From assembly GCA_012295275.1 (NCBI GenBank), contig CM022667.1, positions 3,782,001 through 3,846,000 on the forward strand: a stretch of DNA of 64,000 bases, written 5' to 3'. This document shows, one piece after another, positions 39,066-52,222 of this stretch. The position numbers and the translations under genes were made by a program. The stretch comes from Chrysomallon squamiferum. Lineage: Eukaryota > Animalia > Mollusca. The notes below the pieces were generated by a model that had not been told where the DNA came from, made no database searches, and was given only the letters and a program-made list of their open reading frames with translations. Every line of letters begins with the position of its first letter. Position 1 is the stretch's first letter.

Positions 39066-40566
39066 ATCATTTTATTATTATCATTATAATAAGTTACTCT
39101 TTTGTTTTTTTATTTTAAAGAATTTCTTTCTGTTAGTACTCACCATCTTCTTCTTCTTCTTCTGTGTTCCTAAATTCCTGTTAATACAGCTCTGGGTAAT
39201 CTGTTAAGAAAACAAACATTAAAAGAAGATAAATTAAAACTGATATATATATATATATATATTGGTGTCATTATTGTCATATTGAAACAAAAAACAAACT
39301 CAAATATATATGAGTATAGAACTAAATTATTTAATGATGATGATGATAATGATGGTGATGATGATGATAATGATGATGGTAATGATGATGATAATAATAA
39401 TAATAATAATAATAACAAATAATAATAAAAAAAGAACCCAAAAGTACAAGCACTAAAACAGAGATATATTAAAACTGATGTAGGTATTAGTTTTCTGTGA
39501 CTGGCAATATGGTTGAAGTATAAAACATCTAATTGTAATTATTTGATGCAAAACTGGTTGACACCTGTTGTTCATCGCTAGGCGTGTCATTAATTTTCTG
39601 CAGCGGCTCTTTACAGGTGAAACGTGTGTAAGGTAACATGTTCTAAGTTACTAAGTACAGTTTCACACTCCTCTGCCCACGGGATTGAATATTCACTGAA
39701 ATCTGTGTTAAAAAGTAAGTTCACTGTTGTTCTTTGTGGTTGGGGGTGGTTACAGATGATAAGGATTGTAATGGCAGAAGGATGAAAATTGAGATTGGAG
39801 CATGGGTTCAGATGGGTATGGATAGTAATGGTGAATAAGATACAGGTGGTTGGTATGGATGGTAGTGATTGATGGGTTTAGATGGGAGAGGTGGGTATAT
39901 ATATATATATATATATCTAGATGTTGTTGCTAGTATTTGAATAAATTTAATGGATAAAGAGTACTTTTTTTCATTTTGTATTGTGCCAGTAGGTTTTTAC
40001 AGGGTGGGTATGGAAGCATATGGTTGGTAGTGGTAGATCAGTACTGATGGGTGATGATAGAGTTGGGTACATATTTCTGTTAAGGATAAAGTATATTTTC
40101 TTACATTTTGGGTCATTTCAGTAGTTATTAGTGGCTGTTTATGGATGGGCACTGGCAGCCTTTAGGTGTGCCAGTGATTGGTACATATGGTGGGAATGTG
40201 AAAAAAAATTCTGTTTTTATTTAAACAGGTGATGAAATATTTTTCTCTTTGAAGCTATTATTATATTCTTTAGCTGTAGCATATATAACAGCTGAGGGTG
40301 GGTATGGATGGATTTTGTTACATTTTGGGAGTGGCAGTGGTGGGTTTAAGTGAGTTTAAAAAGTTGTAGGGATGTTTTTGTTTTGATTTCAGATAGATTT
40401 TGAATATATTTATTTATTACTTTTAAATATCTTGTCAGCATTTGGAATTTATTTGTTTATTGTTTTTAATAATATTTTTAATACTAACAATTTTTTATTT
40501 TTAAATTTAATTTCTATTGATTAGATTAAGCAAATTGTTTTCTGACTTTTAAGTGAAAAGTTGTAA

Positions 40567-40608
<42 letters not shown>

Positions 40609-41206
40609 ACACACATTCATGCATACACATACATACATGGATATACACATATACATTTATATATACACACATAAACATGCATATCTACCTACATACACAC
40701 ATTTACATAGATAACATATTCACAAAACTGACAGAGATACGGACATAACTGTTTAAAACATTATTCTGTTACATAGTACTTCTTAATTCTTGTGGTCAGA
40801 AAGTCAAGTTATAAATATTCATGAGGATGAATATTAATAAGCAGTCATGGTGAATATTTAATTACCTGGTATGCCACACATGTTATGGTCATTCACCTGC
40901 TTTCATTTTCACCTGTCGCCAGACAACATTTTTCCCATTATAAGCTTTCTGGAAATTTACTGCACACAGCTATTAAATGTTTCTACAAGTACTGTCTGTA
41001 AGTATATATAAAATATATTTGCTCTAAATGTGTGATTTGTTTTCTAATATTAAACTCAGCCTATGGACCTCTTTTGTATGGTTAACAACATCCCCATTGC
41101 TTCTTTCTGTGTCTCCACTGATGTTTTTAATTCACAAAGTAAACTGAATACAATTATTAGCTATATGCATAATGAATTTGTTAGATTTTAACTAAATTTC
41201 TGATTG

Positions 41207-41245
<39 letters not shown>

Positions 41246-41653
41246 TTTATGTATATGTATTTTAGATAATGACATAATAATCATGATCTTTTTTTAGTTA
41301 GCAGTAAGAAATCTTAAAATGCACCTTCCCAGTGATTAAAATCAGTGACTTTAGTATGTGAAATAGATCATTAGTGGCAAAAAAAAAAACAATCAATAAA
41401 ATTGATCCTTTGATCAGTCACACATCAGGACAGATCCTATTTGATTAGGATTTAAAACCTAACTTTGATGAAGTTATTTGGACAGATTTAAATACTTTGT
41501 TCTGTACAGTTAATTTATACAATGTCTAACTGAAATAGAATTTATTATTTGAAAATATTCACACAGAAACAAATTGTTGAATATTAAATACACACATAGA
41601 TAACATTTACATACATTCACCAACCCGAATACTGGCATAGACTTGCTTACATA

Positions 41654-41692
<39 letters not shown>

Positions 41693-41920
41693 AAACATGC
41701 ACACACATACACAAATGAACATGCACACACATATACACATATAAATGCAATATAGCTTCAAATAACAACATGCAGACATGCACATGAATGCATGCCTGTA
41801 CACATAACACATCAGTATCACAGTACAGGCTCTTTTATTACAACAAGTATAACAGCACTTACACAAACCAACAGACAACAGACACCCCCTTTATCACAAT
41901 ATTTATATCTTGAAATAACA

Positions 41921-41967
<47 letters not shown>

Positions 41968-43077
41968 AAATGACAGTTAATTATCCTCAAATTTAAAAAA
42001 AGAGTTACACTGGAACAGAGTGACTTCCCCTGAAGGGCTATATCTCACAGCATGTCTGTGTTAGGTGAATGAATCCAAGGCTGGAAACAACACATAAAAT
42101 TTTCACCCAGGATGTTTTTGTCATGTGTTAGGTCGCGTGGGTAGCTGTTCACCTGATGCTGAGGCCACCACTTTCACAACGTCATTGACACTGTGTGGAC
42201 TGTGTACATATATGTTTTATTACGTTGGCATGCAGTTGACACACTCAGCAGGATGTGCTGTCTGCGACTGGCGGGTTCTCTCGGTCTGTTCTCTTTAATA
42301 TGACAACAAACTGAGAAAAGTTACTGAAATTCTGCTGCAGTTTTTATCAGCTGTCAGTATCTCGTGTCTGTCACATGGGGTGCAGATATGATTGAAAATT
42401 ACTGGAGTTAAATACTTTGTGCCCTGTAATTTTGTAAAAAAAAGTATTTAAAAAAGATAAACTTTGTGACCACAAATTTAAAAGAAACAAGTATTTTGTG
42501 ACTTTTAATTTAAAAAAAAAAAAATAATAATAATAATAATAAAAAAGACAAACTTTGAGACCAGAAAATAAAAGAAAAAAGAAAAAACAGTTTGTCATAT
42601 TTAATTTTAAAAATAAAGAAGAACTAAACCTAATTTAAAAACATATAAATAGAATTAACCTTACACACATGCATGCACATACACTGATACACACACACAC
42701 GCATGCACGGACACATTTAGAGCATACAAACAAAATTACAGATTTACGTTAAATAAAGACAAATTTTATTACATTTATAATTGTATTTAATAACTTCAGA
42801 TATTATCCAGTGAACGGTTTTGTGGAAGTTAAATACTGGTTCTTGAATAATATTGCTTACGTAGTAGTTTATAAAAGACTGTTTAAGATCAGTGTTGTAA
42901 ACACACTTCTCTTCACATGTTACACAACGTCAATACAGTGCAATTTCTGTTAATGGGAAATTTTCACAAAACCTATTATTTAAAATCATTGGTTTGAGAT
43001 AACAACAACAACAACAACAACAACAACAATAAATAAATAAATAAAAAAAAAAAAAAAAAATAAAAATAAAAATAAAA

Positions 43078-43116
<39 letters not shown>

Positions 43117-43235
43117 AATAATAATTAAAAAAAAAAAAATTAATAAAAAAAATAATAATAATAAATAAATGATTTACATGCATATAATCTCTAATGTTTT
43201 GGGGTTTTTTTCTAAAAGTTTATTCAATGTTTCAG

Positions 43236-43282
43236 GTACAAAGAGAAGACGTGTAACAGTTTGACACTAAATTCACACTCAA
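43236..43282 (+). other. Candidate 47-nt internal exon (probably 5' UTR) of a large plus-strand gene
   Basis: Acceptor TGTTTCAG ends 43235 and a perfect donor AA|GTAAGT starts 43283. Two of three frames contain stops and there is no ATG. Confidence 0.5.
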
Positions 43283-45399
43283 GTAAGTGTCTTTTTCTGT
43301 CCATTATTTTTTTTTTCTTCACAAAATATCCAAAGATTTTATCTTGTTCAAATATATCACTTTTTATCATTTAAATCTGTTTTAGTTAAAATGTAAATTT
43401 AAATAAAACTGTACGTGAGACCATGTTATCAGAGAAAGAGGGGGAAATAGATTGAGAAAATGATTTGTTGGTCATTAGTTCATTTTTGTTTTGAAAAATG
43501 AAAAAAACAACCAAACAAAATGTAAGAATAAAATAAAACAAAAAGAATTGAAATTAAATGAAATAAATAACACAGTAAAAGAATTTTTTTTTTTTGATTC
43601 ATTAAGATTTTCAAAAATAGTTTTATGTTTTTGTCTTAAAATTAGAGATCGTTATGGAAGATTCATTTCTGTATTATTTTTTTTTTTGTATATTGAAATT
43701 TCTTTAAGAAAATAAATTTTCCTACTTCAGTAATGCATGCCACTCTACTGACCTGTTGCTGTGAAAGAGTTAATTTTTAATCTAAAAACCTTAGAAATTC
43801 TTAAACACTTTCTGATGCTAATTGTTTTCTCTTTAATGTTTTTAACATAAAATAAGGAGAAAAATTTTAAAATAATATTATTCAAAACAGAATATTTAAT
43901 TTTTGGCTATAAGAAGTAATTTTTAAAAATTCTTATCTTCTGACATTGTAAGTTCTTTAAACTTTTGAGTGACTTTGTTTTATTCAGCAGTCACAGTTGT
44001 TTGAGTTATTAACAGAATCTGTGCTGTATCATATCAAACTTTCAGTAATCCAGTATGCTTCATGGGTATCTTCTTTTTCTATTGTAATTCAAATGTTTTT
44101 GACATTATAATTTGATTCTGTCTTACTGGTGATGAGTTAAAATATGGATTTGATATAACATGATTGTTTTAAGTTTTTATCTTAAACTTAGTTTAATTTT
44201 TCATGCAATGACCTTGTAAAATAAAAAATATTAAGGTCAGAATGTTTAATTTGTTTTTGAAATTTAGTAACAATATTTTTAATTTTAAATCATAAGACAT
44301 CGGTAGATGTTTAAAGTATAAGAATTTTAAGGCTGTATGATTTTGTTCTTAAGAATAGTAAAACTGTTTTTAAAATATATAATGTTTTAAATCTTGAAAC
44401 CTGTTTTTAAAAAATATGTTTTCTCAGGTCTTTGCAACTTCTTTAAAGTAAATATGTTTTTATGCATGTTTTTTTAAAAAAAATATCAAACTTTCTTTAA
44501 AACAAATATATCTGGAAGCAGTGAAAGTGTTTTAAAGTAAATTATATTTTTATATTTGTTTTGTTTTAATAAATCACATATTATATTCAAACAAATATTA
44601 TGTCTTAGTTTCTTTAAACCAAACTATACTTTCAAGGCAAATATTATATCAACAGCACTAAATGTTCTATAATGAAAATATGTTTTCAAAATATGTCTTA
44701 AAGCCCATAAATTTTCTGTAAAATTTTTTCATTGACAATACTCTAAGCTGCCGGGTTTAAAAAGAAACTGTAGACATACAAGCAGGAGGAAGGGAAGCTA
44801 ATGTGAAGCTGATGTTGTAAATGTGTGGGGTTTTTAGATTGACTTACAGATATGTGTTTTTGTTTGGCACACTTGCTCTCTTGATGAGTGCCAGCCTCTG
44901 TTCGCGTACACAGGCCGGCGCCGTTCTGACTTTTACACACCTGGCCAAGCCATCAGCATAAAACACAGGCCCCCTTACACCAACTGATAATTATGACAGA
45001 CGTTTTCAAATGACTAGACTGATTCCGCGCCTGTTTCCTGACGAGGTTTAAGTCCATTTAGTTGAGAGAGTTCAGAGATGCTGTGTCTGAAAACAGATAT
45101 TTTCAAATGGCTAGGTTGATTCTGTGCCTGTTTTATGATGATGTTTAAGACCCATGTATTTAAAAAAAAAAAAAAAATTATGAAAGATATTTTCAAAAGC
45201 ACGAGACGATTATGCATTTCATTCATTATGAAGTTTAAATCGTTTGCTTTAGTGATTATGTATTTAAAGACAGTAGCATTGTTTTAATATTTTAACTGAA
45301 GGCTAGACAGTTTAGATATGAAACTGAACTTACTTTAATATTTTGGTAAAACTAAAGTTTAGTACCTGAGCTTTTTTTGTCTGTGTATGGTAACGAGTG

Positions 45400-45430
<31 letters not shown>

Positions 45431-46146
45431 ACAGATGCATAGGTTTAGACAGGTTTAATTTGACTTCAGAAATAAACAGTTGTGATCTGTGAGATAAAAC
45501 TGTTAAGTAAATACAATGTTTAATACAATTCGAAATGGAACTTACAAATAACATGATATAGATAGTGTCTGCCATTCCTGAATTCCAAAGCTTATAGAAA
45601 ACATGAGAAAAAATTGTTCTGTTATTTTGTTATTTTTTTTTTTTTTTTATTGTGTTTTAAATGGCATTAAATTTAATAGATTCATCTCTTACTTAATCCA
45701 AGACAATGTGGCTGCCATGTTGTTTTTCTCATTTCTTTACTCTCTGAGTTAGTTCAGATCATCACCTTTCAACAAGAAATATTCACTGATAAATTTCAAA
45801 AGAAAATTAGATTAAATGAATTTAAAAAGAGTTACCTTTAAAAATCTTAAAAAACAAAGTTAACAACAAATAAACAACAACAAAATACATATATGTATAT
45901 ATATATATAAAAAATAAAAAAAATCATTATTTTGTTCTTCTGTTTTCTGTGACAGAAAAATGACTTGTCTGTTTTTATTTCCAACACACGTGTTTCTGAC
46001 TTGAGGAATTTGCCTAGAAGTAAGTCTGTCCATCAGCTTTTGATAGATGTATTGAACATATGGCAATGTTTTCATGCTGTGATCATCTGGCCTGTGTGTG
46101 GTTTACATCATTAGTCAGTACAGGACAACCACACCGCTTCAACGTT

Positions 46147-46261
46147 TGATTGGACAGTCAGCTGTCAGTCATTCACTTTCCTGCAGTCTGATTGGCTGGT
46201 CTACAGGATTGATGTAGTAACATGCAGTGATTGACAGACGAGTGATAAAGGGCTGGTGAGT
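46147..46261. promoter_or_regulatory. TALE (Pbx/Prep-Meis) + NF-Y composite element, possible alternative promoter
   Basis: TGACTGACAG (minus, 46162-46171) lies 8 nt from CCAATCA. CTGATTGGCTG at 46188-46198, TGATTGACAG at 46228-46237, and donor-like CTG|GTGAGT at 46256. Confidence 0.55.
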
Positions 46262-48187
46262 TAATTGTGTGTGACTTGTAAACATAGAGGACATGAAACT
46301 AAATGCCGTTGTCAGTAATTGAAATGACCAGTCCAGCCAAACTGACCAAGTGGTTAATTGGAGAAACACATGGTCCACACATGTTGTAATAATTTTAAAA
46401 TTGTGTAATTTTGGCTTTTATCTCTTATCAGAGGCGAGATGAAATAAAAATCAAGACAGGATAACAGTATTATACTAGTTAATGATGTAATGGCGGGAAC
46501 ATCTGTGATCCACATTGTCATTTGTTATCAGATAGTCATGTGATACCAGATTGGTCATGTGATTGTCATATGATCATTATTACTTCTGTTCTCATGACCA
46601 TTTTCAAGATGTCCCTTTTTTCTGATTTTCTTTTCTTTTTGATATAAGAAAAAATTATCCTTTGAATATTATGTGTTTGAGTATGAATGTATGTGTGCTT
46701 GTATGTGAATATGGGTGTGTGTTTGTGTGTAAAAATGTATGTTTGTTGTTTTAAAGAAGGCACGAGAGATTAATAGTTTTGTTGTGATTAAGTTATCTTT
46801 TAGTAGAATTTTATTATTACTATGAGTTTGTCTTTTATTCATTCATATGATAATTTACTTCTTTTTCATTTTTAAATTTGTTCTTCTTCATTTTCTCCTG
46901 ATTTTGTTTTGATTTTTTATCATGGTTCCTGAATTACTTTCTCAAAAATAGTTTTGTAATATTGCATTTTCTTTTCTGATTTGTGTGTGTGTGTGTGTTT
47001 TATCTATGAATATATGTTTTTGTTTTTGTGTGTGTATGGTGTATGTATCTGTTCTGTATTATGTGTAAGTTTTATCTTCATACATTTTTTATAAACACAC
47101 ACACACACAAAAAAAGAATGTGTATTTATGTGTTATCACATTTGTTGCATGAACATTTTAATTTAAATCTGAAAATATGCATTTCATGAATTTTTTATTT
47201 TGTTTTTAATTTCATCACCTATAACTTTCACGGCTGTTTTCACCCACTAAAAAGATTTATTTTTAAAACATATATTGAACCACATTATTAAATAAACATT
47301 CACACCATACCCCAGTTTATAAATACACTTCATACAGTGGGTGGTAGTGTTTTAATTTACTAGGAATTTAAAAAAAAAATTAAAATACTACATACATCTT
47401 CTAAAAAAAAAAAAAAAAAAGAAAACAAATAGAAAACAGAAGTAATAAATTACGAATAAAACTGAACGCTGCAGCTTAGTCGCCCCTTTAACACAAGTGT
47501 GTCTATAAATATCTACATGGTATATTATTAGGATAGACAATCCAGAGGAAGATGATGGGGGAAGCGGGCTTGTAGTTTTTAGCACTTATAAAAGCACAGA
47601 GGCATTCCACAGAGCATGTGTTGGGCACACTGAGAGGGGGGAATGACTGTTGGCAGAGAGAAGGGGAACACATGGTTTTCGTTGGGTGTCTGGCGCCAGT
47701 TGGTCGCTGACAAACCTGGCTAATCACTTAGGCTGACCTCAAGCAAAACACAAATTGTAGCCATGTGAGTCTGCCATGCTTTTCTAATGTTTAAATACTA
47801 TACAAGTAATTAGGAAGCCATATGGCCAGGAGTTATCACATCTCAACAGTTTTTGCTGGCTTGTTAATGTTTGTGTTATGTCTGATGTTTGCTGTGTGTC
47901 TGTGTGAGTAAAAAAAAAAAAAAAAAAGAGAGAGAAAGAAAGAGAAAGAGGGAAATGGAGAATGAGAGACAAATATAGACTGAAAAATAAAGAAAAAGGG
48001 ACAAAAAGTTAGGCAAACTGAGATAAACAACAAAAGAAACCAAGAGAGAGAAATAATGTGTGTGTGTGAAGACTCTGAGAAAGAAAGAAAAACAGACATC
48101 TTTTTTAGGTGTTACAGATAAAAACAGATCTAAATATTGAGCAGTAGAAATAAAATTTGTATATGGGGTATTTGTATTAATATTATC

Positions 48188-48227
<40 letters not shown>

Positions 48228-48411
48228 AATAACAAATGATGCACTTAGTTCAATAATGTTGAAACAATATCTGATTGAAACTTCTCTGCCACATAACAAG
48301 CCATTAAAAGATATAATTATTGGTTATATATTTTCTTCTGAGAAACTGTACCATAATTATATAAATCAATGACACATATATATCTAGTTTCTTTCTTATC
48401 ATTCTGTGCAA

Positions 48412-48470
48412 GCTGTATGCAGTGGATAGAGTATGCAATTGAAGCATGGGAGACCAAAGGATCAATCCTA
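48412..48470 (+). mobile_element. Possible decayed tRNA-derived SINE head
   Basis: A-box-like TGCAGTGGATAG and B-box match GATCAATCC (48460-48468) at tRNA-like spacing. It does not fold as a tRNA. Confidence 0.25.
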
Positions 48471-49305
48471 AGTATTTCCCTTTCTTGAATTAAGTATAAA
48501 TATTTTCTAATACTTTAGCATATTTTAGTATTAATACATGAATATGTATAGTGTAGGCCTATATTACAAAAATGTGTGTTTGTTTGTGTGTGAGTGTGTA
48601 TGTGTGTGTGTGTTGGTAACAATGATATAGTCTGTTGTTATTTGATTATAAGCTTAGAATTTTTATTATATTACCCTTCCCATAAACAGAAACATTTTAT
48701 CACGTTTTTTTTTAATAATTTTATTATTTTACTATTATTTGTGTTAACAAGTTATATTTCATTTTATGAATTTTGTTTATCATATAAGTTGCTTTTTTAA
48801 AAAATATTAATTTTGGACATAACTTATTTATAAAATTTTCTTTCCTAATATTACAACATTGGGCAAGAAACTGAAAAAAGCTTATACTACAGAGAAAACC
48901 CATTGTAATATCAAAACTCTTCCAAAACACCTCAAAATTTTAATGTTGTCAAAACCGGAACCATAGTTCAATAATTCCCTAAGTATTATTAAAAAATTGT
49001 GTTTCTATCTGCAGAGTTGTGTAAAGCATATGGAATACAATAAATTGATTAATAATCTTAATTAGCTGGTAATTGCGTTTGTGTATTGGCCACTCCAACT
49101 TCAGAATGCTAAGAAAAAGGACAGCTGCTGTGACATATGGACTGGTTCCCTGGCATACTCCAACTCAAGGGCTGGGTTCTAATACCTGCATTTTATTGGT
49201 GCACAGTGTACGAATTCTTGTTTTGTTTAACAGTGTTAGGATTTGGAGTTTATTTTGTTGCAATTTCCACTATGGATTTCTGCAGAACTTAATACATTAT
49301 TAAAA

Positions 49306-49346
<41 letters not shown>

Positions 49347-49682
49347 TAATTTAATTTGTTTAATTATTATTATTAATTATTTATGAATAGTATTGATATT
49401 CATTCCATATTTTTATATGACTGAACATGAATTATCTTTAAGTCTATCCAACATAAATATATCAGAATAATTGTTTAAGTAGAATTTAACAAATTTATCA
49501 ATAGATAAACAGATGAATAGATTTAGTATGTCCATGTGTCTTACATCATATTAGAACAAAATAGAGTTATCCTGACTGCAGATAAGAAGAAACATAATCT
49601 GTGTCTCTAAATGTTCATCCCTCAATTATATTAGAATATGTAGTCCAGATGTGTGCTTGTGTATGTGTGTGTGAATGTGTTG

Positions 49683-49738
<56 letters not shown>

Positions 49739-50240
49739 TAAATAAAATAAAACAAAACTTGTGTTATCAGGATAGAAAGGAAACACATCTGTTTGTCCTT
49801 TTGTCCATCCATCCATAGATAGAGGAAATACATCCGTTTGTCTAAGTGTGTGTGTCCATCCAAACGTTATTATTATTATTACACCAAGTTATCAATGAGA
49901 GAAGGAAGGGGTGATACAACTTCACCTCTGTTTCCTCTTTACTCATCTTCCTAACATTGTCCTGCACACGACAACTGCTAGTGTGGAAGGAACAGTTGTC
50001 TGCATGTACTTGTATCTAACTTAGGAACAGTTTGTCAGTGTACACATAGTGTAGCTGATAGGAAGGAAACTGTTATTCAAGTAGGCTTGTATTGGTTTGG
50101 TTTTGTTATTCATCCTACCTGTATATTCTTCGTACATCCATCCATCATCTGTCCATCTGTCCAGCAAAAGAGAAACCAGTTATTACAATAAGAAATATAC
50201 TGAATGAATACAGATTGTAAGTTAATTTCAACCAGTAGGG

Positions 50241-50706
50241 ACATCTCACTGATGCATCATTAGTCACAACCATTTCTCACTGATACATCATTAGTCACAA
50301 CATCTCATGGTTACTTCATTAGTCACAACATCTCATGGTTACTTCATTAGTCACAACCATCTCTCTGTTACTTCATTAGTCACAACCATCTCAGTTACTT
50401 CGTTAGTCACAACATCTCACTGTTACTTCATTAGAAACAACCATCTCACGGTTACTTCATTAGTCACAACCATCTCACGGTTACTTCATTAGTCACAACA
50501 TCTCACTGTTACTTCATTAGTCACAACATCTCATTGTTACTTCATTAGTCACAACCATCTCTCACTGTTACTTCATTACTCACAACATCTCTCATTGTTA
50601 CTTCATTACTCACAACATCTCTCATTGTTACTTCATTACTCACAACATCTCTCACTGTTACTTCATTACTCACAACATCTCTCACTGTTACTTCATTAGT
50701 CACAAC
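50241..50706. repeat. ~29-bp minisatellite, about 16 copies
   Basis: Unit (C)ATCTCACTGTTACTTCATTAGTCACAAC with block-ordered variants and no unique spacers. Confidence 0.96.
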
Positions 50707-51049
50707 TTCTGTTTTTTATACATAATACTAATAATAATAAAAAATTACACACCCATCCCCCCAAAAAAAAAAAAAAGGGAAAAAGGTAAAAAAAAAGAAT
50801 GAAAAAGTAATATTACAAGGGGGAAAATTATTATGATATCAACAAGAAAAAAAATAATTAAAAAATAAGAAAGGAAAGGAAGAAGGAAAAACTTATCAAA
50901 AGCAGAAGAGGGAAAAATCAGAAATAACAATAATCATAAATGAAGTACAAATATTACAATAAAACAGAAAGAAAAAAAATAACATGATTAAAATATGTTA
51001 CCCTTGAAAGCAGGAAAAAGCTAATATTACTCAAAAAATTGGATATTAA

Positions 51050-51097
51050 TACTACTAATACCATTACTACTACTACTACTACTAATACTATTACTAG

Positions 51098-51139
<42 letters not shown>

Positions 51140-51152
51140 CACTACTGCTACT
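51050..51152. repeat. (ACT)n microsatellite
   Basis: Imperfect ACT run, source of the poly-V and poly-S spurious ORFs. Confidence 0.92.
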
Positions 51153-52190
51153 AATAATAATAATCATAGAGTGAAAGAAATGTGTAACACCAGCTAAAAA
51201 ATCTTCAGAAAGCATAAAAGTGAAAAAAAAAATCTATCTATTGTACAGGTTTATAAAAAATCTTCAGCGTGATATACTGGTTTAACTTTCACAAGTACTT
51301 GAAGATTGTTTTGTTAAATTGTTACCTGTGTTTGTTTAGTATTTGTGTATGCCAGTCAGGTTTCTCTTGTAAATGTATAATGTCATTGAAAACCTTTTCT
51401 GCAGCATATATCCAACATGTTTGCAGTGTGCCATCATTTATTTTTATAATAGAACTTTTTCATTGTTGTTTCTTTTATTAAAATTCTATTAAAATTAGTG
51501 ACTGAGCGAATATTTATACAACTGAAATGTGTTAGCAACAGAAGAAATAGATCATGATATATTTATTCGAGTGGTTCACTAAATGAAGTTTTTAACATAC
51601 TGGAAGCTTTAAGGAATGATTCTGTAACATCTAGTGTCTCAGGTATGTTTCTAGAACAGAATTTTTGTTCTGCTGTCTAACACTAGTTTATTACTACTGC
51701 TGGTTAACAGTATTACTACAACTACCACTAGTGCTGGTATTACTTACAGTTACTACTATTATCACTACTGCTACTGTTACTTGGCTACATAAAAATATCT
51801 GTTTGATACATTTTTAATACTTAAGCAGATCTGTAAATTTATATATTTATATACACATACATATTTTTGTATTTTTTACACACACATACACACATGACAG
51901 TATTTCAAAGGAATATTTTTTATTATATGCTTTATTTTATAATAATTATTTTTTATTTATGACAGACTGGTTAAAATGGGAAAAGATTAAAAGGAACTTG
52001 TGTGAATGAGGCAATTAAGAATTGACAAAAATAATTTGTTTTCATCTCTTGATTTTTTTAATTTAAACATTTATGACATATACACTGTTTGTATAACATA
52101 TTCATGCATACACACACATACATATATGAACAGATAAAGACAGATGTTCATTAAAAATTATGTTTATGTGTGATATGTAAATGTGTATGT

Positions 52191-52222
<32 letters not shown>

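Noticed and set aside
50241-50706. CRISPR-like appearance of the ~29-bp repeats
   Set aside because: Units are contiguous with no unique spacers, there are no cas genes, and the context is eukaryotic.
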